Assembly: GCA_020348445.1 (NCBI GenBank)
Contig: CP070751.1
Span: 2,924,852 to 2,958,888, forward strand
DNA from: Thermoplasmata archaeon
Lineage (GTDB): Archaea; Thermoplasmatota; Thermoplasmata; GCA-020350865
Direction: 5' to 3'
DNA length: 34,037 nucleotides
Shown: one piece after another, positions 1-9,213 of the stretch
Numbering within the stretch: position 1 is the first letter of the stretch
Layout: each line of letters begins with the position of its first letter
The notes under the pieces: model-generated
Told to the model about the DNA's origin: nothing
Seen by the model: only the letters and a program-made list of their open reading frames with translations
Databases searched by the model: none
Program-made: the position numbers and the translations under genes

Positions 1-2
1 AA

Positions 3-284
3 GCATACACTGAGTTGTTTATCGTACGATCGGATAAGGCTAAAGAAGAATACTTGAAGAAAATGATTGATTTCTTTAAAATCGATGGCATGATCTATCA
101 TGATGCTAAGACCTGTCCCAACAATTCCAATAATCGTTATGGTATGCCGCAACGGCTTGAAGAAGAGACAGGTGTACCTAGTTTGATTATAAACGGAGAT
201 TTGAATGATCTACGATGTCTCTCTGATGAGCAGACCAAAACAAATATTGAGGCGTTTATAGAGCAGCTTGGGGAGAAGTGTTAA
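3..284 (+). CDS. 2-hydroxyacyl-CoA dehydratase / benzoyl-CoA reductase-family Fe-S subunit, C-terminal fragment (5'-truncated by window edge)
   Basis: The frame is open to the window edge (AYTELFIVRS...). The C-terminal pattern DGMIYHDAKTC...GVPSLIINGDLNDLR...TNIEAFIEQL resembles HgdA/B, FldB/C and BcrB/C-family subunits. Confidence 0.75.
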   Translation, partial: AYTELFIVRSDKAKEEYLKKMIDFFKIDGMIYHDAKTCPNNSNNRYGMPQRLEEETGVPSLIINGDLNDLRCLSDEQTKTNIEAFIEQLGEKC

Positions 285-285
285 C

Positions 286-2361
286 GTGTTAGACGCATTA
301 TATAAACCTAAATCGGTGGCAATCATTGGTGCATCAACAAAAGAATTTTCTATAGGTAATAGGATCATCAAGAACCTTTTGGATTTTGGATTTAAGGGTT
401 TGATCTATCCGATAAATCCAAAGGCAGATGAGGTTCGGGGCATTAGGGCATATAATTCGATTTTGGATGTCCCAAACGAGGTTGATCTTGCCCACGTTGT
501 TATTCCTAATAAATTTGTACCTCAGGCAGTCGAAGATTGTGGGAAAAAAGGAGTGAAGGTAGCTATTATCAATTCTGCAGGTTTCAAGGAGATTGGTGGT
601 GAGGGAATTCTATTGGAAGAGCAAGTCGTAGAGAAAGCCAGGGAGCATAGTGTTCGTGTATTTGGCCCTAACTGCCAGGGAATAATTAACACCAGTCCAG
701 ATATACGTGCTTATTGCAACTTCACCTTTACAAAGCCAGAGGAGGGGTGTATATCAATTGTTGCTCAAAGTGGTGGCGTTGGTGAGGTAGTCAACCAACG
801 TTTTTCCGAGCTAGGTGTCGGAATACGAATGTATGCATCTAATGGAAATGCTTGTGATATTTCAATTCCAGAGATCATTAGATATTGGGGTGATGATGAG
901 GAGACGCGGGTAATTGTAGTTCATGTCGAGAATCTTTCCGATCCAAAAGAGTTTATGGAGGCTGCAAAAGAGGTTGCAGTAAAGAAGCCGATCCTTGGCA
1001 TGAAGACAGGACGGACAAAAGAAGGTGCAAAAGCCGTATCTTCACATACCGGTGGCTTGGCTAAGGTAGATATTGCTACAGAACTTATTTTTCAGAAAAG
1101 TGGAATTGTTACATTCAGAGATCAGGAGGAGTTATGTCAAGCTGCGGTTGCTTTTGCAAACCAACCTGTTCCCAAGGGCAAAAGGGTAGGTGTAATAACA
1201 AACACGGGTGGACCAGCAATCATTGCTGCTGATGAACTGGTAGAGGCAGGACTGGAGATACCACCGCTTTCTAGCCATGCTAAAAAAATTCTCAAGGAAA
1301 AGTTATATTCTGCAGCCTCAATTAATAACCCTATTGACGTGCTTGCAACAGGAGGAGCAGAACATTTCAGAGCAGCATTGGATGTACTCATGGATGAGCC
1401 ACAGATTGATAGTATTTTTATCAATTTTGTAACACCATTCTTTGTAGATACTGATGCTATATCACATGAGATTGTTGAAGTAAATAAAGCCCAGAAAAAA
1501 CCGATTATCTGTAACCTTATGACCGATAAAAGACAGTGGACCAAAACTATCGGCATGTTGAAAAACGGTGGTATACCTTGTTACAGTCTACCAGAAACCG
1601 CTGCACGTGCGCTTATTGCAATGACAAGATATAACGATTTGAAAGCCCGTAAAATAGGCAAGGCCGCCATATTTAACGATGTTGATAGAGAGAAAGCAAG
1701 AAATATTATTCAACAGGCAAAGAAAGAAGCCCGTGAGTTCCTCTCTGTGGAAAAAGTGAATAACTTGCTTGCTTCATATAAAATTCCTGTAGCTAAATGG
1801 CGATTGGTAAATAATGGCGTGGAATCACTCAAGGCAGCACGTATGATAGGGTTCCCAGTTGTTGTAAAGGTTGATGCTGAAAGCATTGTGCATAAAAGCG
1901 ACGCCGGCGGTATCGCACTAAATCTCAAGGAGAAAGAAGTAGAATCAACTGTTAAGGATATGGAAAAGAAATTCGCCCCTGAAAAACCACGTTTTTTTGT
2001 TCAGGAGTTCTTATCGGGTGGGAAAGAACTCTTTATGGGGGCAAAGGCTGAGGAAGGCCTTGGACATCTAATATTATTTGGAATTGGAGGCATCTATGTC
2101 GAGATTCTTAAAGACGTAGCATTTGGGATCACGCCAATCACAGCATCCGAGGCAAAGGAGATGCTTTCTTCTATCAAATCCTATCCTCTTCTGGCTGGTT
2201 TTCGAGGTGAGAAGGGTGTCGATCAGAATATACTTGTAGAGATTCTTCAACGTGTTTCCCAATTGGTTACAGATTTGCCTACGATCCAAGAAATAGATCT
2301 AAACCCTATTATCGCATATGAAGATCGAATCGTTGTCGTAGATGCCCGGATTAGAATCTAA
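286..2361 (+). CDS. ADP-forming acyl-CoA synthetase, fused alpha+beta (ACD/AcdAB-type)
   Basis: CoA-binding N-terminus (PKSVAIIGAS, INP, GPNCQG), phospho-His motif SHTG, TNTGGPAIIAAD, NPID, and an ATP-grasp C-terminus with HKSDAGG and EIDLNP. Start moved from TTG 268 to GTG 286, which follows GGAGAAG and the upstream stop. Confidence 0.88.
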   Translation: MLDALYKPKSVAIIGASTKEFSIGNRIIKNLLDFGFKGLIYPINPKADEVRGIRAYNSILDVPNEVDLAHVVIPNKFVPQAVEDCGKKGVKVAIINSAGFKEIGGEGILLEEQVVEKAREHSVRVFGPNCQGIINTSPDIRAYCNFTFTKPEEGCISIVAQSGGVGEVVNQRFSELGVGIRMYASNGNACDISIPEIIRYWGDDEETRVIVVHVENLSDPKEFMEAAKEVAVKKPILGMKTGRTKEGAKAVSSHTGGLAKVDIATELIFQKSGIVTFRDQEELCQAAVAFANQPVPKGKRVGVITNTGGPAIIAADELVEAGLEIPPLSSHAKKILKEKLYSAASINNPIDVLATGGAEHFRAALDVLMDEPQIDSIFINFVTPFFVDTDAISHEIVEVNKAQKKPIICNLMTDKRQWTKTIGMLKNGGIPCYSLPETAARALIAMTRYNDLKARKIGKAAIFNDVDREKARNIIQQAKKEAREFLSVEKVNNLLASYKIPVAKWRLVNNGVESLKAARMIGFPVVVKVDAESIVHKSDAGGIALNLKEKEVESTVKDMEKKFAPEKPRFFVQEFLSGGKELFMGAKAEEGLGHLILFGIGGIYVEILKDVAFGITPITASEAKEMLSSIKSYPLLAGFRGEKGVDQNILVEILQRVSQLVTDLPTIQEIDLNPIIAYEDRIVVVDARIRI

Positions 2362-2372
2362 GAGGAGTAGAT

Positions 2373-3923
2373 ATGGCCTGTTGGCTGAATCTAGGTCAAA
2401 TACTTAAAGTAAATGCAAAAAAGTTTCCAAGCACCATAGCCGTTAAAGATAGAAAGAGAAACTTCACCTATCCCGAGTTGAATAGAAGAGTTAATAGGCT
2501 GTCTCACAGTCTTCTTTCTATTGGACTAAAAAAGGGTGACAAGGTCGCAGTCTTTCTTGAGAACTGTATTGAGATTGTAGAGGTCTATCTAGCCACAGCA
2601 AAGACTGGACTTGTCATTGTGCCCATAAACTTTCGGTTGGTCGACAAAGATGCAGAGTACATAGCGAACAACTCAGATGCTAAGGCGTTCATAGTACACG
2701 ACGAGTTTACTCCAACAGTGGACTCGATAAAACCGAACCTGAAAAATATAGAGACGGATAGATATATTGTTGTAGGGGAAGAGATAGAAGGTTACAAGAA
2801 TTATGAAGAATTTATAGATGGAGCTCCAGAGAATGAACCCGATATTATTGTAGAGCCAAAGGACACATGGGTTTTACTGTATACATCTGGCACTACAGGA
2901 ACGCCAAAAGGAGTAGTGCGTTCCCATGAATCATATATAGCATTTTATCTAATTAATGCTGTTGACTTTGGGTTTAACGAACATGATATATGCCTAAACA
3001 TTATGCCACTGTGCCATGTCAACTCCACATTTTTTACCTTTACCTTTACATATGTAGGCGGCTCTGTCTACATCCATCCAGCACGACATTTCAGAGCTGA
3101 AGAAATATTGGAAATTATTGAGAGAGAAAAAATTACATTTATATCTCTTATTCCTACGCATTACAATCTAATACTAAACGTGTCGGAAGAGGCAAAAAAA
3201 CACAATTTAAGCTCGATAAGGAAGCTACTATGCTCCTCAGCTCCAGTGAGGAAGAGTATGAAAAAGGCGATTATGGATTTTTTTCCTGGTGTCGAGCTCT
3301 ATGAGGGATATGGTTCTACCGAAGCTGGTATAGTAACAGTGCTCAAACCAGAGCATCAGCTTAGTAAACTCGGCTCCATCGGATTTGAATCTTTGGGTAC
3401 AGATTTTGTCAAGATATTGGATGAGAATGGGAAAGAGGTTGGCGTAGCTGAGGTCGGTGAGCTTTATTCGCGTGGGCCGATGATGTTTGATAAGTACCAC
3501 AAGATGCCTGACAAGACCGCTAGCTCGTTTAGAGGGGAATGGTTTAGTGCAGGCGATATGGCTAAGCGCGGTGAAGATGGATTCTATTATATTGTAGATA
3601 GAAAAGACAACATGATCATCACTGGTGGTGAGCATTTCTATCCCAGTGAGGGTGAAGAGATTATAGGCAACCATCCCAATGTTTTTGATGTCGCTATTAT
3701 CGGCTTGCCGGATGAGAAATGGGGAGAGAAGGTGACCGCTGTGGTTGTACCAAGGGGCAAGGTCGATGAGAAAACTATTAAAGAATACTGTGCAGGTAAA
3801 CTAGCCAGGTTTAAGGTCCCAAAGCAGGTGATATTTATCAAAGATGAGGAGATGCCACGTACAAGCACTGGTAAAATCCTGCATCGTGTACTTCGGGAAC
3901 GCTTCACTACTGAGGAGGTTTAA
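2373..3923 (+). CDS. AMP-forming acyl-CoA synthetase (ANL superfamily), substrate unknown
   Basis: Motifs YTSGTTGTPKG, YEGYGSTE, GD...DG(F)YYIVDRKD and TSTGKI are present. RBS GAGGAG lies upstream. Confidence 0.9.
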   Translation: MACWLNLGQILKVNAKKFPSTIAVKDRKRNFTYPELNRRVNRLSHSLLSIGLKKGDKVAVFLENCIEIVEVYLATAKTGLVIVPINFRLVDKDAEYIANNSDAKAFIVHDEFTPTVDSIKPNLKNIETDRYIVVGEEIEGYKNYEEFIDGAPENEPDIIVEPKDTWVLLYTSGTTGTPKGVVRSHESYIAFYLINAVDFGFNEHDICLNIMPLCHVNSTFFTFTFTYVGGSVYIHPARHFRAEEILEIIEREKITFISLIPTHYNLILNVSEEAKKHNLSSIRKLLCSSAPVRKSMKKAIMDFFPGVELYEGYGSTEAGIVTVLKPEHQLSKLGSIGFESLGTDFVKILDENGKEVGVAEVGELYSRGPMMFDKYHKMPDKTASSFRGEWFSAGDMAKRGEDGFYYIVDRKDNMIITGGEHFYPSEGEEIIGNHPNVFDVAIIGLPDEKWGEKVTAVVVPRGKVDEKTIKEYCAGKLARFKVPKQVIFIKDEEMPRTSTGKILHRVLRERFTTEEV

Positions 3924-3925
3924 AC

Positions 3926-4870
3926 ATGGGTGAATATAGATTTGGTATTATTGGTGTGGGGCCTATTGGAAGTGTCATGGCAGCACATCTTGCAAAAGCA
4001 GGACATAGTGTAACCTTGGTAGATATCCTCAAAGATCATTTGGATGAAATAAACAGAAGTGGACTTACCCTTACTGGTTTCAAAGAGATGAACGTTCCTT
4101 TCCCCGGTGAGAACCTCTGCTACTCTATAGATAAGATGCGTGGAAGAAAGTTAGATGTTGTCTTTATCTCTGTAAAAGCATCTATTCTTCCTAGAGTTTT
4201 GCCTGTGTTGAAAAAAGTTACGAAGCCAAAAACGACCTTTATTAGTTTACAGAACGGATTGGATGCAGAGGATTTAATTGCAGATGTCTTTGGAAAGGAA
4301 GATACCCTGCGGATTGTGGTAAACTATGCTGGTAACCTTATTGACAATGGAAAGGTGAGAATGTCGTTCTTTAACGCCCCGAACTATATAGGTGTGATGG
4401 ATCCCGCAGCTGAAAAAAATGCTAAAGCACTGGCAGAGGTCATCACTGCAGCAGATCTGGAGACTGCCTTCACTCCCGAAATCAAGAAATATGAATGGGA
4501 GAAGACTATACTCAACGCAGCCCTTAGTCCAGTATGTGCATTGACGAGAAGGACAATGAAACAGATGATGGAATTTGAGGAAACTAGGATGCTTGTGGAG
4601 ATGATATTGCGTGAGGGGATAGAGGTTGCAGAGGCAAATGGTATCCATTTCGAGTCAGGTTTCTTAGAGCACTGTATGGCTTATCTAGATAATGCTGGGC
4701 ATCATAAAACCTCGATGCATGTGGATATAGAAAGAGGGAGCCCAACAGAGATAGGTTTTATAAATGGTAAGATAGTGGATTATGGTAAGCTCAAAGGCAT
4801 GCCTACACCATACAACTCTACAATCGTCTCTCTTATCAGGGGATCGGAACTTCCTGAATACAAGGCATGA
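3926..4870 (+). CDS. panE: Ketopantoate reductase-family (PanE/ApbA) 2-oxoacid reductase
   Basis: GIIGVGPIG Rossmann motif, SLQNG, WEKTILNA, and TSMHVDIERG.PTEI..ING. RBS GAGGAGG lies upstream. Confidence 0.85.
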   Translation: MGEYRFGIIGVGPIGSVMAAHLAKAGHSVTLVDILKDHLDEINRSGLTLTGFKEMNVPFPGENLCYSIDKMRGRKLDVVFISVKASILPRVLPVLKKVTKPKTTFISLQNGLDAEDLIADVFGKEDTLRIVVNYAGNLIDNGKVRMSFFNAPNYIGVMDPAAEKNAKALAEVITAADLETAFTPEIKKYEWEKTILNAALSPVCALTRRTMKQMMEFEETRMLVEMILREGIEVAEANGIHFESGFLEHCMAYLDNAGHHKTSMHVDIERGSPTEIGFINGKIVDYGKLKGMPTPYNSTIVSLIRGSELPEYKA

Positions 4871-6115
4871 ATGGATGGGATTTTATTGCATTATGTAATA
4901 ATCGGTAATGGCGGGGCGGGAGTTAGCGCACTACAAGCTATACGTGAGGTTGACAAAAATTCTGATATCACCATAATCTCGCGTGAACAATACCCTGCTT
5001 ATTCACCATGTTCACTTCCTAATTTAATCGCAGGTGAAGTAGACAAACCCAAAATTTTTCGGTTTGATAAAAATTTTTATCATCGTCTCAATACCAAGTT
5101 CATGAAGAACACAGAGGCACTTCAAATATTTCCGCAAGATAAGGAAGTTAAACTCGTTGATGGAAATCGTATCACGTATGACAAGTTGCTAATTGCTGCA
5201 GGTGCAAAACCTATCACTCCAAGGGGAATAACTGGGTTGGAGCTCGAGGGTGTACATGTCATGGGTACACTAGATTCTACTCTTAGGATACTAGCTCATA
5301 TAAATCAAGGTGTCAAACATGCAGTGGTTGTAGGCGGTGGTTTTATGGGAGTTGAAACTGCTACCATGTTGAAGAAAAGGGGGATAGAAGTCAGTATCGT
5401 CGAAATGCTTCCCAACATCCTTTCAAGAATGCTAGACCAAGACATGTCAGATAAGGTTGGAAAAATTCTAAAAGAGCACGGTATAAAACTTGTGTTGAAT
5501 GATACGGTGAAGGGTGTACATGGCAGGAAAACAGCTACCAGCGTATCCCTTCAAAAGGAGTTATTACAGTGCGATATGGTATTGATAGCAATAGGTGTTA
5601 CACCAAATATAGACATCGTTCAAAGCTCTGGTATAGCTGTCAATCAGGGAATTATTGTCGATTCAGCGATGCAGACTAATGTGAGAGATATCTATGCTGC
5701 TGGAGACATTGCAGAAGTACATGAGCAAATAGAAGGGAAACAGGGATCTTTTGCCATATGGCCAAATGCAATAGAGCAGGGACGAATCGCGGGCTTAAAC
5801 ATGGCTGGTATACATACTCCTTATTCTGGTGCAGAAGTTGTCAATGTTCTTGACATCTTTGATACGCCTGTAGTGGCTATGGGCTACACATCTAAGGATA
5901 TTGGTCGGTGTAAGGTTATCTCACGTTTTACTCCTGATTCTTTTAAAAAAATTCTATTGAAGAAAAGCAGGATAGTAGGGCTTCAGTTCGTGGGTACAAT
6001 CAGGAATGCTGGTACTTTGTATAGCCTTATGAAAAAAGGTGAAGATGTCAGCGGTATTGAGGATAGGCTGTTAGATGATAATTTTGTGGTTGCCCATGAT
6101 ATCGTTCCTCTTTAG
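4871..6115 (+). CDS. FAD-dependent pyridine nucleotide-disulfide oxidoreductase (NADH oxidase / AorC-like)
   Basis: FAD motif VIIGNGGAG, YSPC, LLIAAGA, NADH motif VVVGGGFMG.E, and IYAAGD. Confidence 0.85.
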   Translation: MDGILLHYVIIGNGGAGVSALQAIREVDKNSDITIISREQYPAYSPCSLPNLIAGEVDKPKIFRFDKNFYHRLNTKFMKNTEALQIFPQDKEVKLVDGNRITYDKLLIAAGAKPITPRGITGLELEGVHVMGTLDSTLRILAHINQGVKHAVVVGGGFMGVETATMLKKRGIEVSIVEMLPNILSRMLDQDMSDKVGKILKEHGIKLVLNDTVKGVHGRKTATSVSLQKELLQCDMVLIAIGVTPNIDIVQSSGIAVNQGIIVDSAMQTNVRDIYAAGDIAEVHEQIEGKQGSFAIWPNAIEQGRIAGLNMAGIHTPYSGAEVVNVLDIFDTPVVAMGYTSKDIGRCKVISRFTPDSFKKILLKKSRIVGLQFVGTIRNAGTLYSLMKKGEDVSGIEDRLLDDNFVVAHDIVPL

Positions 6116-6171
6116 AAAGGGTATAAAAGTCCATGATGCGATTAATTGGACACAGTAAAATGATTATGATG

Positions 6172-6801
6172 TTAGCTTTCTATTGCTGTTATAAGAAAGG
6201 TTAACCCAAAGTAGATGAGAATCGCTCCGAATAAGGTCATCAATGGTTTGTACCATCTTAATCCTAGTACATTTGTCCCTTTCTTTGCAAAATAGGCAAC
6301 ACCTGTAAGCCAGACATAGTCCATCCAAACATGACAGATATACATGAATACTACACCAACCAACGCTGCGAATTCAAGAGAAATGATTATAAGTTGCGCT
6401 CCAACTGTAAGCCACCAAAGTATAAAATAAGGATTCAAACCAGTGAAGGCCAGACCGATGAGGAAGAGATGACGATGCGATGATGAGGGTTTTTTTAATT
6501 CATTGGATTTAGTAATAATTGAGTTTCGAATTTGTATTGCTCCAAATGCTATTAGGATGCTCCCTCCAGCGATTCCAATGACCTGCTTGACTATTGGTTC
6601 ACTCGCAATAGTAAGGAGGCCAAGGGCGAAAAGCATAATGAGAGAAAATTCAACAACGGTGTGAGCTATTGAGAAAACAAGGCCACTTTTAGCACCAGAC
6701 TTGGTACCATAGGAAATAGTTGCGAAAAACAAAGGACCTGGTGCTAGAGCACCTGAGGCAGTTACCAGAACAATAATGACAACGAAACTTAGTATTTCCA
6801 T
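6172..6801 (-). CDS. LysE-family translocator
   Basis: Hydrophobic multi-TM protein with N-terminal SGALAPGP and GLNPYFILWW motifs. Confidence 0.85.
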   Translation of the reverse strand: MEILSFVVIIVLVTASGALAPGPLFFATISYGTKSGAKSGLVFSIAHTVVEFSLIMLFALGLLTIASEPIVKQVIGIAGGSILIAFGAIQIRNSIITKSNELKKPSSSHRHLFLIGLAFTGLNPYFILWWLTVGAQLIIISLEFAALVGVVFMYICHVWMDYVWLTGVAYFAKKGTNVLGLRWYKPLMTLFGAILIYFGLTFLITAIES

Positions 6802-6821
6802 GATACATCAGAAACGAAATT

Positions 6822-6829
6822 TTTTATAA
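6822..6829 (-). promoter_or_regulatory. Putative archaeal TATA box for a near-leaderless LysE transcript
   Basis: Minus strand reads TTATAAAA about 21 nt upstream of ATG 6801, with no RBS in between. Confidence 0.4.
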
Positions 6830-6859
6830 TAATCTTGTCTAACACGATCTCTATTATTC

Positions 6860-7318
6860 TCATTTCTTGGCAATCTCTAGAAATCTTTCAGCCATTGCTT
6901 TACGTCGTTTTTCTAGTTCATCTGTCTCATCAAGATATTGAATAGCATTTGTAGAGCAGTATTTAACACACATAGGATCCCCACCACACAAATCACATTT
7001 GATGATTTCATCGTCTATCGTTGTTACGGCATTGTATGGACAAAGTACTGCGCAGAGTCGGCAGCCAATGCATTTGTCCTCAGCTCTGATAACAACCCCA
7101 TCTTCGATTTTGTATGCGTTTTGATGACAGAACTTCAGACATACTGGTTCTTCGCATTGGAAACATACAATGGGAAACTCGTATCTGTTGAACTCGTCTC
7201 TCACTATAGTAATGGCCGTTTTCTTTGGATTGCATTCCCCAAATTTTGTAAGCGAGCAAGCAATGGAGCATTCTCTACATCCAGTACATTTCTCTGGGTA
7301 GACATAGAGATATTTCAC
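6860..7318 (-). CDS. 4Fe-4S dicluster-domain (polyferredoxin) subunit partnering AOR (AorA-like)
   Basis: Cys sets CTGCREC..AC, CFQCEEP.C..C, CIGCRLC..CP and KCDLC...P.C...C. Start reassigned to GTG 7318, which follows GGAGG and overlaps the AOR stop (ATGTGA). Confidence 0.85.
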   Translation of the reverse strand: MKYLYVYPEKCTGCRECSIACSLTKFGECNPKKTAITIVRDEFNRYEFPIVCFQCEEPVCLKFCHQNAYKIEDGVVIRAEDKCIGCRLCAVLCPYNAVTTIDDEIIKCDLCGGDPMCVKYCSTNAIQYLDETDELEKRRKAMAERFLEIAKK

Positions 7319-9144
7319 ATTAACGCCTCCAATTCTCTGATACACTCTTTTTTGACCTGTCCATTGTTGGTCCATCCACGTATTTTATAGTATCTAGTGA
7401 GGAGGCTGTCGAATTCTTTCCTGTCTATGTGATGTCCTTTTGCTACTTTTAAAGGCATGGGATCGTCAAAATATCGTTTTGGTAGGGTATCATGTTTTCG
7501 TGAGATTCCCTCACGGTTGTTGAACATTCTTTCGATGTCTATAACCCTTTTTCCAATTTCCTGTATATCTTTTTCTTTAAAAGCCCAGTCTGATGCACAA
7601 TGAATAAGTTTTTTCATCCAGTTGTAATCCACAAAATGTGGGCTGTTGAAACCATGGCATATGAACTTGCATATTCCCAAGCTGTCAATTGCAGCAAATA
7701 TGTTGTCAGAGAAGTATACAGTTTTTTCTTTAGCAATGTAGGATGTCGGGTCGTTTGGTATACCCTTACCATAAATCTTTTCTTTAACTTCTCGTGGTAA
7801 CCTTAGGAAGATTTCTAGTGTTGGTCTACTTCTGAGATGGTCTGCACCCCTGGATGAAGTAGCAATCCCTAGTGCGAATGCTTTGATGTACCGGCAGTCA
7901 TGTGGATCGCTCTGTGGTAATCCTTTGACAGCAATAAGATAGTTTTCAGATTTTTTGCCAAATCTTTTAACATTCCTTGTGCTCTCTGCAAGTATGTTTC
8001 CAAATCCTTCTCTCCGTGATATTTTGTATAATAATCTTTTTGCAAGGTCGAAATCACCAAAACGAAGCTCCTCCTCTGCCATCTTCTTATCAATAAATCC
8101 TTTTTCGTAGAGCTCGAATGCCCAACCAAGAATTGTTCCAGTAGATGATATATCTAAACCTAGTTCGTTGCATATGTTGTTGAGTTCGATAACATGGGCT
8201 GTATTTTCTATGCCAAGGTTTGCACCTAGGAGGCCCACTGCTGTGTACTCTGGTCCTTCTCCACCTAGTTTGTTTCTATGCCGACAGTGGACTATACAGG
8301 ATGAACAACTAATCATCTTTTCCACATAAGTCTCGATAACATCAGCGTTTAATGTGTCTGACCATGCATTGAGCTGGCTGTTTTTTGTTCGAATTGCACC
8401 TATTGCGTTGCTAACTTCATAAAGTAGCGGTGTCCCTACGCTACCAAGAATAGATGTTATCTTTGAGTTCATGATGTATTCTTTGAGTTGCTCAACTGTT
8501 TCAAGCATTTCCTCGGGATGTGCGATTTTTATACCTTGTGTTCCTCTTGCCGCAATTGCTTTTAAATGTTTTGAACCCATAACTGTTCCAAGACCACATC
8601 GTCCAGCAGCATTCTTCACCCCAGTTCTAACACAGGCAAATCTGACCAGGTTTTCACCAGCAACACCACAGACCGCAACCTCTACGTGTCCAAGGTCTTT
8701 TCTAAGGGTTTGCTGTACCTCTGTGGTATCTATTCCCCAGTAGTCTTTTGCATCTTTTATCTCAATGTCGTCATCTATTACATATATATAGCATGGTTTC
8801 TTTGATTTTCCGAAGATTATTAATCTATCAAAACCTGCATACCTTAGTTCAGCTGCAAAGTATCCGCCGCAGTTTGAATCCCCAAGAATACCTGTTTCTG
8901 GTGATTTAGCTGAGACATTGAAACGACTAGAGTTTGGGACAAGAGTTCCTGTTAAAAAACCTGTACCAAAGATGAGAACATTGTCTGGCGAAAGCGGATC
9001 TATTCCAGGTTTAATCATCTTGTAGAGGTAGTAGCTGTTAAGCCCCCTACCTCCTAGAAATAGCTTTTTTAACGAGTTAGGGGTTTGTTTAATTGTAACC
9101 TTTTTTTTGGATAAATCAATGATGCCAAGTTTTCTGGTGAGCAT
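7315..9144 (-). CDS. aor: Tungsten-type aldehyde:ferredoxin oxidoreductase
   Basis: LGGRG, VSAKSPETG, GGYF..EL..AGFD, GENLVRFA, GRCGLGTVMGSKHLKAI, the CxxCxxxC cluster motif, GPEY, CNELGLD, RGADH, and C-terminal YYKIRGW. Confidence 0.9.
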   Translation of the reverse strand: MLTRKLGIIDLSKKKVTIKQTPNSLKKLFLGGRGLNSYYLYKMIKPGIDPLSPDNVLIFGTGFLTGTLVPNSSRFNVSAKSPETGILGDSNCGGYFAAELRYAGFDRLIIFGKSKKPCYIYVIDDDIEIKDAKDYWGIDTTEVQQTLRKDLGHVEVAVCGVAGENLVRFACVRTGVKNAAGRCGLGTVMGSKHLKAIAARGTQGIKIAHPEEMLETVEQLKEYIMNSKITSILGSVGTPLLYEVSNAIGAIRTKNSQLNAWSDTLNADVIETYVEKMISCSSCIVHCRHRNKLGGEGPEYTAVGLLGANLGIENTAHVIELNNICNELGLDISSTGTILGWAFELYEKGFIDKKMAEEELRFGDFDLAKRLLYKISRREGFGNILAESTRNVKRFGKKSENYLIAVKGLPQSDPHDCRYIKAFALGIATSSRGADHLRSRPTLEIFLRLPREVKEKIYGKGIPNDPTSYIAKEKTVYFSDNIFAAIDSLGICKFICHGFNSPHFVDYNWMKKLIHCASDWAFKEKDIQEIGKRVIDIERMFNNREGISRKHDTLPKRYFDDPMPLKVAKGHHIDRKEFDSLLTRYYKIRGWTNNGQVKKECIRELEALM

Positions 9145-9213
9145 TACATCGCCTTATAGCAATGACAACAATTTGATAGCAAAGCGCCAACAACCAACGG
9201 TTCCATCTGAAGT

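Noticed and set aside
7315-9144. AOR-family protein as BamB, the class II tungsten benzoyl-CoA reductase
   Set aside because: Its motifs (GPEY, RGADH, GRCGLG) are those of ordinary AORs and do not match my recollection of BamB. No BamC-I/HdrA-type partners are present and a class I reductase is adjacent.
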